Below are positions 38,505 to 51,809 of a stretch of 64,000 nt of DNA, in pieces. The DNA is from Mobula hypostoma (Eukaryota), in NCBI RefSeq assembly GCF_963921235.1, contig NC_086108.1:68760001-68824000 (forward strand), read 5' to 3'. Position 1 is the stretch's first letter, and every line of letters begins with the position of its first letter. The position numbers and the translations under genes are program-made. The notes under the pieces are model-generated. The model was not told the origin of the DNA, ran no database searches, and saw nothing but the letters and a program-made list of their open reading frames with translations.

Positions 38505-40380
38505 TCAGAGTTTTACATTCATGGTTACAGCATGGAAACAGCTCAACTCATCCATGCTATCCAAGATGCCCATCTATACTAATACCACTTGCCTGTGCTT
38601 GGCCCATATAACTCTTGTCAGAACAGGTTGGCAATACCAATTCTCCCACTAACCTTGCCCCTTTGGCCCGGTTAGTCACTCCTCCTCATTCTGTCTCTGG
38701 TCTGGTTTCCCCAGTAGTTCACATATTTTGCCCTCCCATTCTGCAGTTCTTAGGAGTTTGCCATTTACACACCCCAACAGTAAAACAATCGCTACCTTGG
38801 CTAATCAAAACAATCCCCTCAGTTAAGGTGCTCTACTGGTTTATAACTCAGAAAAATAGAGATTCTGGACACAGGCATTCCTAATAGTTTCATTTATTTT
38901 CACGCACACCGTTACATCAATTTGTAGACAGCAGAACAGCACCAAAGGACCTGAGGGCCAGTTTAGGGCATCCTAAAATAATGCCTGGGTTAGTGGGAGC
39001 AGGCACACTATCCCCTACACAGGCAGATTTAAACCCTCAGTATGGCTTTGCTGAGAGGTGTGGAGGTTGGATTTGACAGTTGGTGAATAGTTATATTGGA
39101 AAGTTAATGACAAAGTGTGTCATGGAGAAAGCCTCCGTATATTTGTAAATTTTTGTACATGTTCATTTTTATTTGTCTATTTGTAAATTTTTTTTTTCAC
39201 AACTTCTGCCTTTTTTTTCACCTGGCACTAAAAAAACCGCTTGTACTAATGTACTGTTGCAGCTTACCATCTGTTTTTATTTCCCACTGGTGACCCTTGT
39301 TGAGCACACTTACCCACACCTGATAGCAAGGTGTGACAACCCCTAAACCTTTCCTACATAATTGTCCAAATGTCATTGCAATGTTGTATTTGGAACTGCC
39401 TCAATGAGCTCATTACATAAACCGAATACCCTCTGGGTGGAAAAATGTCCCTCAGTTAAGCTTTAAACGTCTCCTCCTCATCTTAAAGTTATTCCCTGTG
39501 GTGTTAGATCCCGTCCCTCCCAATCCTGGGAAAAAGACTGTGACCATCTACCTTACCTCTGCCTCTCCTAATCTATGATGTCTATATGGGTCAATCCTTG
39601 GCCTACTTTGTTCCAGGGAAAACGGCTTCAACGTATCCAATAACTCTTTATAACTCAAGTTAACAAATTTCACAACACATGCCAGTTATTATTCTGACCT
39701 CCAAGTTTAGGAAATATTCCTGTTAATCTTTTCTGCATCCTTTCTAGTTTAATCATATCCTTCCTATAGCATGGTGATTGGAATGGCAAACAATACTCCA
39801 AGTGTAGTCTTAGCAAAAATTTATACAACTGGAACATGACATCCCAACTCCTAAATCATAAGCCTTCTTCACCACTCAGAATGCCCATATCACCTGGCAA
39901 GGCCATATCTTTTCCCAATGCATGTCCTGGACTACTTTAACACCCCAAAGCTTGTTCAGGTTAAATACCATCTGTAATGCCTTTACACACATGCCCAGTT
40001 AATCTATCCTGTTGTAACCTTCTTCACTGTCTGCAATAATGACTTCAGTGTGTTCAGTAAGCTTACTAATCATGTCGCTTATATTCTCTTCCAAATCATT
40101 ACTATATTTTAAAACAATAAAGGATCCAGCACCGATCACTGTGACACACCACTAGTTACAGGTCCCCAATCCAAAAAGCAACCATCCACTTTCATCTTCT
40201 ACTTCCTACCAAATGCAAATAAATTCTGTCTCTCAGAATTTCTTTCAGTAATTTCCCAATCAGATATATTGGCTTGTGGTTTCTAACTTGCCTTTCTTAA
40301 ATAAAGGCACAACATTAGCCATCCTCTGATCTTCCAGTACCTCACCTGTGACTAATGAAGATACAATGATCCTTGCCAAG
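38505..40380 (-). mobile_element. Old CR1 3' portion interrupted by an LTR-like insert
   Basis: acagcatggaaaca 3' end and caatactccaagtgt (HLEYC motif on minus). The flanks ggcccatata... and ...ccctaaacctttccta rejoin across the insert. Confidence 0.75.
38616..39338. mobile_element. Probable solo LTR (723 bp)
   Basis: Perfect TGTCA...TGACA inverted termini; interrupts a CR1 3' UTR; the 5-bp flanks actct/acccc match only partly. Confidence 0.6.
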
Positions 40381-41792
40381 TGTTGAAGGATCTCTCAGTG
40401 CCACACAATGCCAAAGATACAAATACTTAATTTTGAACTACACAGAAAGTCTTTTTTGGTATCAACACTAAAAAGTACATTGTTCAAACTTGACATGATC
40501 AAACTCAATTTTCAAAAGACTATCTTGCCTAAAAAAAACCTCAACATATACATCACAATTTTTGATTTTAAAAAATCTTGCAATATTTAAAAATTTGATT
40601 CTTTCAGAAGTAGACAATGGTACATTACATATTGTATTTTAAAAAAATAAACATTCCATAAAAATCTCAATCAAAACATTATATTTCTGGGCATTTGTTG
40701 GGTTTCAAGGATATAAGATCTTTTTATTAAAAAAAGATAATCAAATGAAAATAGAAAAGATAAAAAACGGTCAACTGGGCCATCACTCTAATCTGTACAT
40801 AATCAGTTTAAAGCATCCTGATTAGATCAACTGTGAGCAGCATCGTGAGAAAAACTTAATCAAGTCTAGTGTTTTACTTAGCGATTAAGTATATATCAAT
40901 TGATGGTATTCCAAAATCCTTCGTAATCCAGCCATTCAAATAAACATTTAATGAGTTTAGGTTCAAAAATCCTGACCATGGATTTGGTTAAAACAGATTT
41001 CAAGCACCATACTTTTCCTTCCTTTTATGTGACTTAGTAGCTTTAAGATTTTGTTTACTAGAAAAATTACAGAATTTTAAAACTAGCTTACAATGAAAAA
41101 GCATTTCAGTGTTTCAAATAATGTGAGACCAATGACATCCTACAGAATTGGCTCATAGTATAATGTTTAAACGTAAACTATGTGGTTAAAAAATTAAGTC
41201 ATTCTAGGCTTAAACAGCTACTTTTTATAATTTTGGTCTGAAAGATTTTTGCTAAACAAAGCTAACAATTATTTCATCTTAAGCTAAGCACTTGATAGTT
41301 TTTGGATTATAAATAGAGAAAGATTGTTTAATTTCTTTATTTTACTCAAACATTTAGAGATGAAGAAATACAAAATATTTCAAAATTAGTTTATTTTCAA
41401 TCCACCTCCCACCTTCTAGGCTAAAATTTTCTCTCGCATTTAGTATGTCTATTAATATATGTTTGAAGAGAAACTACTTTATGCTTTTTTTGGAAGCATC
41501 TGTGATGCTGTCTGTGAAATTGAGTTACAAATCAGCAAATTATATGTTATTTTTCATCTGTAAACTTCGTCTTCCACTTCAAAATATCTTCACCTGCAAT
41601 TAAAAGCTACACTTATCTGTGCCAGAATAAATTTATGGAATAGTGGAGGAGAAGAGGTGATGGCCAGAGGTAGACAGGAAAAAAGAAATGCTGCCAATTT
41701 TTATATGTATTTTGTTGAATGACACAACCTGTTCAAATCATGAGACTGAAATATTCATAGATATTGAGCTAATATCTTGAAAGGTCACTTAC

Positions 41793-41874
41793 ATCTCTGG
41801 CTTTTCCATAGAATGCTTCTTGAAAGGCAGCCTCAAGTGATCCAATAAAGAATACAGGATGGCAATCACCATAT
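41793..41874 (-). CDS. FAF1: FAF1 internal coding exon (82 nt, phase 2-0): (R)YGDCHPVFFIGSLEAAFQEAFYGKARD
   Basis: aataatag|ATATGGT...AGAGAT|gtaagt. Near-identical to the FAF1 UAS domain sequence. Confidence 0.97.
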
Positions 41875-42213
41875 CTATTATTTCACAAAGATAATTAAGT
41901 TTGATTCATGCTTAAAAAAGGCACAATAAATGAATAGTTGTTGAAATGAAAACAAGAAATAGGCCATCTGGTTCTGGAAGCACACACCACCAAAAATAAT
42001 CATTGCAGACTTTTGTAATACCTCACATTTTCTCCATATCTCTTGATTGCCTTTTTGTCCAAAACAAATAAAAGTGATCAGTATCAATCATATATAGTTT
42101 TCAAATTCTAAAAAAACTCATATTTCCCTTAGTGAAGAAAGTTTCTTCAATCAGTCCTAAATGGCTGATCCACCATCTAAAGATTATGATCTCTAATTCT
42201 AAATATCTCTCAA

Positions 42214-42616
42214 TGTGATCACTTCCCATGAGTTAAAATTCCAACCCCCCCCCCAAAACAATTGGCCCATTTAATCAGATTTGAAGGGGGAAGGCACAAG
42301 CACCAATCCAAGTTATTATGACATGCACCCCTCCGTGCCAGCTTCCGAGGTATAGAACCTCTAACTAGCCGGGGTATGTACAGCTGGCACAGCCCCTTTA
42401 AAGATTCAGATCGGCAATCATGTTTTGGGCACCAAGGATTGAGCATTTAAGGAGCATCTGAACTGAGGTTTGGTGCTCAATCGTAAGCCTACTCGTGATC
42501 TCTAGTGTTCGTTTTCTGTTCAGATTCTCGATCCAGTTTGAAATCATGTCTCAATCCGAGCCTTGGATGCTCCAGCATTTAGGTCCAAGCCATTCTTGTC
42601 AAGGACTCTTGTCACA
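42214..42616. mobile_element. Possible solo LTR (403 bp)
   Basis: TGTGA...TCACA ends and higher GC/CpG content than the flanks; no convincing TSD. Confidence 0.4.
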
Positions 42617-43559
42617 CATGTATGAAGCTGTTGTTGAGAATACAGTACATGTTCAGTTTGTTGCAAGTTAAAAGTGGAATTCGCAGTTTGTTTGGATGAT
42701 TGCTGGACCAGGTACTCATTTAAAACTTCAATGTCGGGTATTAAGTTATCTTTTTTTGGATGGGAAAAGAAAATAAAAGTGCAATAGTTTCAAAAAGACC
42801 ATAGGTAAAAAGAGACTGGAAGACAATAAATTAAGAAAAACATGAACAATTTTTTCAAGTGTTACTTATTTACAGAATACTGTTCAAATTTTATTGCATT
42901 TGGAACAGCATCCAATAATTCTAATTTTTTTTCTATTTTCTTAACAAGTTGAAATAGCTTATTTTAATTGTGGCATGTAATTTGTAGTAGCAAATGAATA
43001 ATGTGGAATTTATTCATTCTGCTTACATTTACCCACAAATTACATGCGAGTCAATTTACAGTCAGAGTTCCATACAATCACATGCACTCTACAGAGGATC
43101 TGAAGCTTGTGTGAATCTCCTCAATCCAAGACCAAAAGATACGTGGTAGGCACAGTAATGGAACCTGGATATTTAATTCAATGCAAAATTATGCACAGTC
43201 AACCAAGCAAAGGAAGAAAGTTTGTTGGAAACTTCAAAACTAAAAATGTAAACAAAAAAGAATTTTTTTTAAAGATTAAAAATCTCCAATACCACTTATT
43301 GAAAGAAATGAGGCCTCACAGTCATAAGAATTAATTCTCAATACTAGAATGGCTGCTTATTCATAATTAATACTTTCTAATGTTAAAAATTCAATTACTC
43401 TTGAATGGGAAAGCCCTAAATTTTTCAGGCATGTTCAGTGGATAAGTACCACTACTTCATACTCTTCATGTGCTTCAGTATTGTGTCTGATCTATGAATG
43501 CTTATGGAGTAGCCACATACTGAATGAACAACTTGCAAAAGCTGAAAATCAAGTCTGCC

Positions 43560-44780
43560 GATGGGGACACTGTTGTGGCTCGATACACTGACCTCTGCCT
43601 CCCAGAATCTAGATGTCAGCACTCAAGACACATCTTTATACCACCATCACTGCACCAGCAAACATCGGATTGGTTTTCTGGATGGCACTAGCCTTGTTTC
43701 TTCAAGGGATCTTCTTTTCACATCTACTAAAGCATGCAACCCCCAAACCCTTTCGACTCCCACAGTTATTTCAACTAAGTCTCTTCTCACCTTATTTCCT
43801 GTAGGGCTCAATTCAATTCCCATATTATTTTCTTAGGCTCTGTCATATTTGTTCTGATGAGAATTTACACACCTGTGCTTCTGAAGTGACTTCCTTCATC
43901 CTTAACTGTGAATTCTCTTCAATCATAATTGACATAGTATTCAACTGCAATTCTATTTCATACACTTCTCCTCTCACTATAAATCCTCCCAGCTAGAGCA
44001 GATGGCAGTGGAGGTGTATTCATACTGAAGGTTGACAGTTTCCTGATTAGTAAGGGTGTTAAAGGTTATGAGGAGAAGGCAAGGGTTGAGAGAGAATAAT
44101 AAATCAGTTGTAATCAAATAACAAAGCAGATTTAACGGGCTGAAGAGTCTAGTTCTGCTCCTATGAGCCTTCTGTTTATCCAAATGGAACAGCAATCCAT
44201 GCACTCCTTCCAATTTAGTAAATTGCAATTTGTGCTTGTAATGCAGTTTCCTCTACTTTAAGGAAACCAACAGAAAATTGGATGAATGCTTGGTAGAACA
44301 CCTCAGTTCAGTCTGAAAGAGTAACCTTTAGATTCCAGTTGCCAGTTATTGTACATCCCACTCCAATGAATAATTTTAGCCTCTAACAATGTCTGACAAA
44401 GTCCATCAGAAGCTCCAGGAACAGGACTTCATCCCAGCTTCGGGGTACAATACCGAAATCAACATGTGAGTTTCTTCTATTTGTGGTAAAACTGACCAAT
44501 GCGCATGAAAGAATAGGTTTTGCTCTTTTTACAGATGCTACTTCACTGTTTCCACTATTCTCTAATTTCAAATATCTAGTAACAGATGTGTGCTGAACTT
44601 CACAGTTTCAGCACATTTTTGCCTACTACTCTCATTCACCTCCACTTTTCCCTCTTCCAGACAGATAAGCTATAATAAGCATGCATTTATTACCTTCTCT
44701 TAGATGGCATCAACGGTATTTGAGTCACCTGCACAACCCTGTTCTCCACTCCATCATGGATATTCGCTTTGATTCTTCAC
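43560..44780 (+). mobile_element. Degraded Penelope-like element with a CR1 3' fragment (about 43985-44170) inside
   Basis: GIY-YIG-like remnant CSFLYFKETNRKLDECLVEHLSSV at about 44241-44312. Confidence 0.6.
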
Positions 44781-45516
44781 CCTTGTCCCTTTCTATAATT
44801 TTGGCTTTGTGTCAAACAACAGATTTTCCCTCAATATCAGCAAAACAAAAAAGCTGGTTAGTGACTTCACAAAGTGGGGCTGAGCACACACCCCTGTATT
44901 TTTTAATGGCGCTAAAGAGGAGATCAGGGTTTCAAGGATGGCTTCTAGCGTGCTCTAATACAAGATTCTTCAACAGACCTCTTGTATAATAAAGACGAAC
45001 TCTTGGCCTCACAGTCTACCTCACCATGGCCTTTGCATCATTGTCTAATGGCACTAAACTTTCTCTGCAAATATCACTGTAAAAGAATTCTACATCCTAT
45101 CATTGTTTTTTTCTTTGGACTTTGGACTACCTATGCAAAATAATGTCTTCCAATGTATCTCGGTACATATGACAATAATAAACCAATTACCAAATAATGC
45201 TTATTTTCTCAAATCTCGTTCTAATGAAACATCATCAATCTGAAACAAACCATTTTACTCTTCACAGATGCTGCCTACCAAAACATCTCATTGATTTATT
45301 TTTAAGAACACAAGGTGCACAAATTTAGATCACCAACTTACTCTGTTCTTCTTTTGCACTTTCTACATCTTTATTTAGTACTGACATGTTCATAACATTA
45401 AGTAATTTATTAGAAAGCTCCAGTCATCGCAGATCCTTCCCACCCATCCATAGACCTCCTAACACATGTATTTAATATTGGCCTGAACTTATCTTTAATG
45501 GAAAATGTAACTGTAC

Positions 45517-45580
45517 CTTGAAGAAAATTCTGCAGTAAATTGTAATAAGGCATCTCCCTCATTTTCAGCGTCATCAGGCA
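45517..45580 (-). CDS. FAF1: FAF1 internal coding exon (64 nt, phase 1-2): (M)PDDAENEGDALLQFTAEFSS(R)
   Basis: atgctag|TGCCT...TCTTCAAG|gtacag. Start of the UAS domain; phase-compatible with both neighbours. Confidence 0.97.
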
Positions 45581-46646
45581 CTAGCATTGAAATACAAAGG
45601 TTAAAGTTAGCCTTTTGGAGATCTGGAACTGTTCACACAGTGCACCTTAATTGTTTTATTCATTGGAATATGTAAGTATATTGGAGGAGAATAGTATTGC
45701 ATGCAGTAAGGTTATAGTGTTGCACATCATAAGTTAATATTTTATTTATGGTAAATAGATCAAATGAAAGCAAATGAGCCAATGACCTTCTAAGAGTTTA
45801 TTATTTATTTACTTATAGTTACCGGACAGTTTATACTCATCTGACATGTTCTTATTAAATTTAGTAATGAAATAATGGATCTAAGATTTTAAACACAAAT
45901 CACATTCACAAATGAAGTGCAACTTAAACAAGAGTTAACAACACAGAAGGGTATATTTATTCCTAAGTACAATATATATATTTCACGTTTCTTTGGTGGT
46001 ATATATAATTGAATTTAGGATTCGGGATTTTGTAAACATAATGACCATTCAGTTATGCTCTGAGAGTAACAAAAACTGAACAGATTTCACCACCACCACA
46101 CCTATTACCTTCCTTTCCTTCAGAAAATGGATCAATGATTGATTCACTCATCAACCTGGTCATTATTCAAAAGGAACTCAAACACACTCCCATCCAGTAC
46201 ATACGTAAACTAAGTCTCATTACTGCATATGGTTCTCATCCAACTTTGAACCCTTCCACAGCTACTTCCCACTTTCACTATACTTCAGCCTAATTGCTAC
46301 CATGGCTTTGTAATACAAGTTTGTTGTGCACTCTTGTCAGGGGTACACCCTCACTGCTGCACAACACCAAAATCCATTGTTCTATTCCCTTTTTTAAAAA
46401 GTATTTCCTTGAGCGTCTTTCTCTGCTCTCCACCTCACCTGGTCATATCACCTTCATACTTCGCTCAGGTAACCCACCATCACTCTGATCCTACTTTCTT
46501 TTTCCCTTTTCTGGGTAATGCTTAAATTGCATAATCTCTCCTTTCCAAAGTCAATAGCGACCCAAAAGACCTTGCAACTTTCTGCACTCTGCCACCCTCA
46601 ACCACCGACAAAGTAATCTCTGCCAATTATTTGTTTTTGCTTAGTA

Positions 46647-46800
46647 CAGGTCGACCTTCACTAATCCGGCACCACTGGGACCTGAGGAGGGCCGGATTAG
46701 TGAAAATGCCGAATTACAGAAGGATCACATTAAGCATAATCAATGTCGGATTATTGAAGGAACCGGATTACAGGTAGTCGGATTAGTGAAGGTCAACCTG
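46647..46800. mobile_element. pogo/Tigger-like MITE (154 bp)
   Basis: TA duplication; 22-bp TIR CAGGTYGACCTTCACTAATCCG with 1 mismatch; internal cggatta repeats. Confidence 0.9.
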
Positions 46801-47324
46801 TACCCAAATCCACCTGTAACCTACCCTAGAAAAAAGTTGAAATGCCAAGGCTGTGACACTCCACATGTTCTGACAGTGTTGGAGGCGCTAATTAGATGAT
46901 CCATTGCTTTACATCACTTTGGATTTCGTTTCCTGTAACAAAATCCTCATCAACTCCTATTCCATTCACTTACTTTAATATAAACTTAACTTTTCATATC
47001 TGAAAAAGGGTAATTTGCCTTTGCCTAATTGCTTACATCATACATATTATTCCACTGGGGTTTGGTCTCCTCTGTTGAAATACTTTTTATGATAATTTTG
47101 ACAAACACAGATAATCCAGACATCTTCTGCACTGTAAATGTCCCTAAATTGTTTTTTGTTCCACCAGATAACTCTGCAACACAAGCCAATAAGTAAATAC
47201 CAAAAGTGCTTAAAACAAAATAAAACATTTTATTGATATTTTAAAATAATTAAATAAAATAAAAGAGAAAAGGTAAATTATAGGACTCAGCAAAATGTGT
47301 TTAATATCATCAACACTAACTTAC

Positions 47325-47448
47325 TCATTGGGGATTTTTTTGATCCAGAAGAAATCATGCCAAAAAGTTCACCATCGTCAACTCCAAACTCAGTAGCATC
47401 TTCAAAATCATCTCCTTCGCTGTCACTGACCATGTGAACATCAGTGCA
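47325..47448 (-). CDS. FAF1: FAF1 internal coding exon (124 nt, phase 0-1): CTDVHMVSDSEGDDFEDATEFGVDDGELFGMISSGSKKSPM
   Basis: ccttag|TGC...CCAATGA|gtaag. Matches the FAF1 acidic linker TDVHMVSDSDGDDFEDATEFGVDDGE, and the frame joins both neighbouring exons. Confidence 0.96.
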
Positions 47449-47719
47449 CTAAGGATTTAAGAGTAGTTATGTTAATAAATTCCTCCAATTGCCAATGCAA
47501 TCAAACTAAGTTTTAAAGCAAAAATGTACAAAAATAGCAATATTAAATAAATAAAACACAAACTATTTAATTTGTCTGTTCTTTACTGAATGTCTCTGTT
47601 AATTCCACGAAATTTTTACAGGGCTTAACAAGAGTGTCTTCTGCTTCAGATCTCATGATTTTGATAGATTAATGCTTTTTCAAAAGTATATATGAAGCAG
47701 AAATCAACATCAACACATG

Positions 47720-48470
47720 ATGAAATTCCTAAATTAGAGCAGAACATGCTAGAAATACACAGAAGGCCAGGCAGTATTTGTGGAGAGTGAAACAGACTTA
47801 ATGTTACAAATTGATGATCTTTCAACAAAACTGGGAGAAATGTAACTTCAACTTGGAGACAAAGGTAGAGAGGTGGGGAAGGAACAAAAGAGACGATCCA
47901 TGATAGGTTGGAGACCAGGGAGACTGAGGTACATAAGCAAGGCTAAAGAGGGGTGTAAAGGTACGACCAGGACAAATGAATGGTAAGCAGGGATAAAGTG
48001 GGAAGTACAGGTATAATTTGGAACATAAATAGGAGACAAATTATATCTGAATGAAATCATTGCTGGAAATCAGCTGGGGGCCAAGATAGGGAGATCAGAG
48101 TGAAAGTGAAAGGGAGATGGAGAATTAAAGGCAGTGGAAGTGAAGGATCAATCTTGTGTACTGAACAGAGATCTACGCAAAGCACCAAAACTATCTATAT
48201 TTACTTTCCCTGATACAGAAACCACATTACGAGCACTGAATGCTTCACTGGAAAATAATACAAATAAATCTTCGCTTCACCTGGAAGAAGCATTTGGCTC
48301 CCTGGACAGAAAGGGAGAAGTGAAAAGGGGAGACTGATGGAACTCATGGGAGCAATAGCCTTAGAATGCTGAAAAGGGAAATGACAGGAAAATTTGTCTA
48401 GTGGGGACATCATCTTGAAATAGTTGGAAATTATGGAGGATGATCCATTGTCTGCTCGAATATTCCTCAT
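47720..48470 (-). mobile_element. Degraded Penelope-like fragment
   Basis: Terminal-repeat-like start and an eroded GIY-YIG-like region near 48170-48290. Confidence 0.55.
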
Positions 48471-49294
48471 GTTTGCTCCATTCACCAAGACATGACCGAT
48501 CTTCTACACAAAGTTGATTTTGCTGCCAATTTGTCTTTTCCTATTAACTGCTGACCAAGTGTACAAAAATCTACCTCTCAGTCTAGAATGTTCTGAATGA
48601 TTGAGCTTACACAGTCCTCTAAAGTAAAAAGTTATCAAATAAATAAGCAGTCATCAGCAATGAGACAACTGCCTCACAGCTCTAGGTAGTTGAGTTCAAT
48701 TCTGACCTGAAAAGTAGTTTGCACGCTCTCTGAAAGATTACTGTTTCCTTCTACAAAGTAGATTGCTGGTAGATTATTGTAAACCACTCCTTAATGAAGA
48801 CAAATGGCAAAAAAATTATATGGTGGGGGGAACAGATTGCAGGAGTACAAGGAAACAGGGAGAGGGAATAGGATTGATCTGCTGGGACTTGATGGCTTCT
48901 CCTGTATGGTAATAAGTAATCTCCTAAATGGTCAATCACTTTTCCAGAGACTATGCTCCTGAATTCTAAATTCTCCATCTAGAGATAACACACTCACAGC
49001 ATCTACTGTTCAGTTCCTCTCATAATCTTGCATGTCTCAAAATATTACCACACATTCACCTAAACCTCAATGAGTGTAGGCCAAACATACTCAATCTTGC
49101 TTTAACTTCTCCTTTTCAATGTGGCTCCCACATGCTTTCACTCCAGTAACTAAGAATAACAAGGTAACATGTCTGATGAAGGGTCTCAGCCTGAAACATC
49201 GACTATACTCTTTTCCATAGATGCTACCTGGCCTGCCCAGCATTGTGTGTGTGTTGCTTGGATTCTCAGCACCTGCAGATTTTCTCTTGTTTGT

Positions 49295-49855
49295 CTTAAT
49301 GACTACCACTTTTTATTGGTGCACCATAGAAAGAATCCTATTTCAATGCATCCCATAGCAAATGCTCTGCCCAAGACTGCAAGGAACTGCAAAGAATTGT
49401 GGACACATCTCAATCCATCACAAAAATCAGCCTCCCCTTGATGGACACTGTGTACACTTCTTGCTGCCTTGGTAAAGCAGTTGGTATAATCAAAAACACC
49501 ATCAACCCCAGACATTCTTTCCTCCTCTCCTCGAGCAGAAAATATAAAAACCTGGAAGCATGTGCCACCAGGCTCAAAGACAACCTCTATCCCACTGTTA
49601 TAACACTATTGAATGGTTCCCTCGTATGGCGAGATGGACTCGACCTCAATCGATCTTGTTATGACCTTGAAGTTTATTGTGTACCTGCACCACACCTTCT
49701 CTGTAGCTAACAATTTATTCAGAATTCAATTATCGGTTTACTGGTACTCCCTCAACACATTGTTGTAATGAATTGATCTGTATAAACAGTATGCAGAGCA
49801 AATTTTACATTGTACTTCAGTACATGTCACAATAATAAACCAATTTACCAATTTT
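49295..49855 (+). mobile_element. Rex1/Babar-like 3' fragment
   Basis: ORF 49399..49710 (CCLGKAVGIIKNTINPRHSFLLSSSRKYKNL...RLKDNLYPTVITLLN); tail aataaaccaatttaccaatt. Confidence 0.8.
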
Positions 49856-50114
49856 GCAGGGCAAACGCTCATTCAGCCATTAATCTATGCTCCACAGATT
49901 AAGATCCTTCAATACACAAACATTTGTCAGTTTCTAATTCATAAGAATTGGCCGTTTCATTCTCCCTACCACAACGCATAAACTCATTTTCCCAAATCAT
50001 ATGTCACTTGCCACCATGTTGGCCACTAGCTTATCTATACCTTTTGCCAATAATCTTTTAGCTTTGTTAAACCTCATTTTGCAATATAGCTTTGTATCAT
50101 AAAACAAACTAATT

Positions 50115-50662
50115 ATAGTCATAGTCATACTTTATTGATCCCGGGGGAAATTGGTTTTTGTTACAGTTGCACCATAAATAATTAAACAGTAATAAAACCA
50201 TAAATAATTAAATACAAATATGTAAATTATGCCAGGAAATAAGTCCAGGACCAGCCTATTGGCTCAGGGTGTCTGACCCCCCAAGGGAGGAGTTGTAAAG
50301 TTTGATGGCCACAGGCAGGAATGACTTCCTATGACGCTCTGTGTTGCATCTCGGTGGAATGAGTCTCTGGCTGAATGTACTCCTGTGCCCAACCAGTACA
50401 TTATGTAGTGGATGGGAGACATTGTCCAAGATGGCATGCAACTTGGACAGCATCCTCTTTTCAGACACCACCGTCAGAGAGTCCAGTTCCATCCCCACAA
50501 CATCACTGGCCTTACGAATGAGTTTGTTGATTCTGTTGGTGTCTGCTACCCTCAGCCTGCTGCCCCAGCACACAACAGCAAACATGATCACACTGGCCAC
50601 CACAGACTCGTAGAACATCCTCAGCATTGTCCGGCAGATGTTAAAGGACTTCAGTCTCCTCA
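50115..50662 (-). mobile_element. Young Rex1/Babar-like 3' fragment (second subfamily)
   Basis: Intact C-terminal ORF 50256..50663 (RRLKSFNICRTMLRMFYESVVAS...HPLH...RKSFLPVAIKLYN); tail gatcaataaagtatgactatgactat. Confidence 0.9.
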
Positions 50663-51809
50663 AAGTCTTTTGATTTTGTTAGTAGTGTAATCTGTAAATA
50701 ACTCTGATCTCCATGGTAATCCATGAGTAACTTTGCAAATTTGATAATAAACCATACTAACTAAATATCTATTGAAAATTCAGGTTCACTTTTAACTACC
50801 CTTGATCTAATACAATATGATTTTCCAGCAAATCCATTATCATATTATAATTGTAAAATTTTTCACGAGACGCAATACAGCAATCTGCTTTAGTCACCTT
50901 TTGTCTCCCCTTTCCCTTCTTAAATAGTGAGGTTACACTTGTTACTTTCCAATCTCCAGGACTTGTCCTAAATCTAGGGATCTTCTAACACCAACGCCAT
51001 GTTTGTTTTTGAATCTTGGGGTACAGACTCAGATTCAGGAGACTGGTCCTGTTTTAGTAACCTTAATTTTTCCTGTTGCTTTTCTTTAGTGATGATAACC
51101 AAGTTCTCCACTATCAACAGATCTCTGGTTTCTCTCCATTTCTGACACTTTAATGGTATTTTCTGCAGCTACAATAAAAAAACAAATAAGCCTGTTTAAA
51201 TGTGTTAGCTATATTTTTGGGATACAGGGGGCTCTGGATAGAGGTAGTACCCAGTACCTTTGATGTCTGGCAGCTGCACTCTACTTCATCACTGATCCTC
51301 ATCCATCTCCTAAATCTCTCACATCTGCCCCAAGTGGCATACCCCAGTACACTGCTTCAGCTGGCAGGCTAAATGATGTGCGGAGGTAGTGCTAACACAG
51401 CAACACTTGGCGAAAGACCTCATCGACAAAGTCACTGGCCAGGGCAGATGAGTTCCTCGAAGAACTACAACAGCCATGTGTTTGAGACCAAGGCAAGCCA
51501 CCAAGTTGGAAGACATCGGCTGTGGTCTGGCCTGGAGAGAGATGGGTGCCGCCAGGCCTCACTAGCCTAAGACACGGAAAGGTGACCCTACGACCCATAA
51601 GGATTGAGGGATCAAAACCAAAAAAGTATTTTTTTTAGTCTTCATTAAATCTTCTCCCACCATAGAATTTCTAGGGCCCACACTTGTTTTGCTTTCGGTC
51701 AAATGACACATGAAACTAAGATCCAATGTCCTTCTGGGTGGACATAAACCACTCCATAGTAATACTCTGAAGAAAGACAGGAGAATTTTCCTTGTGCCAT
51801 TGCCAATAT

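Noticed and set aside
51250..51600. GC-richer segment with short ORFs on both strands
   Set aside because: Most likely an eroded LINE 3' region; I could not assign a family or any gene structure.
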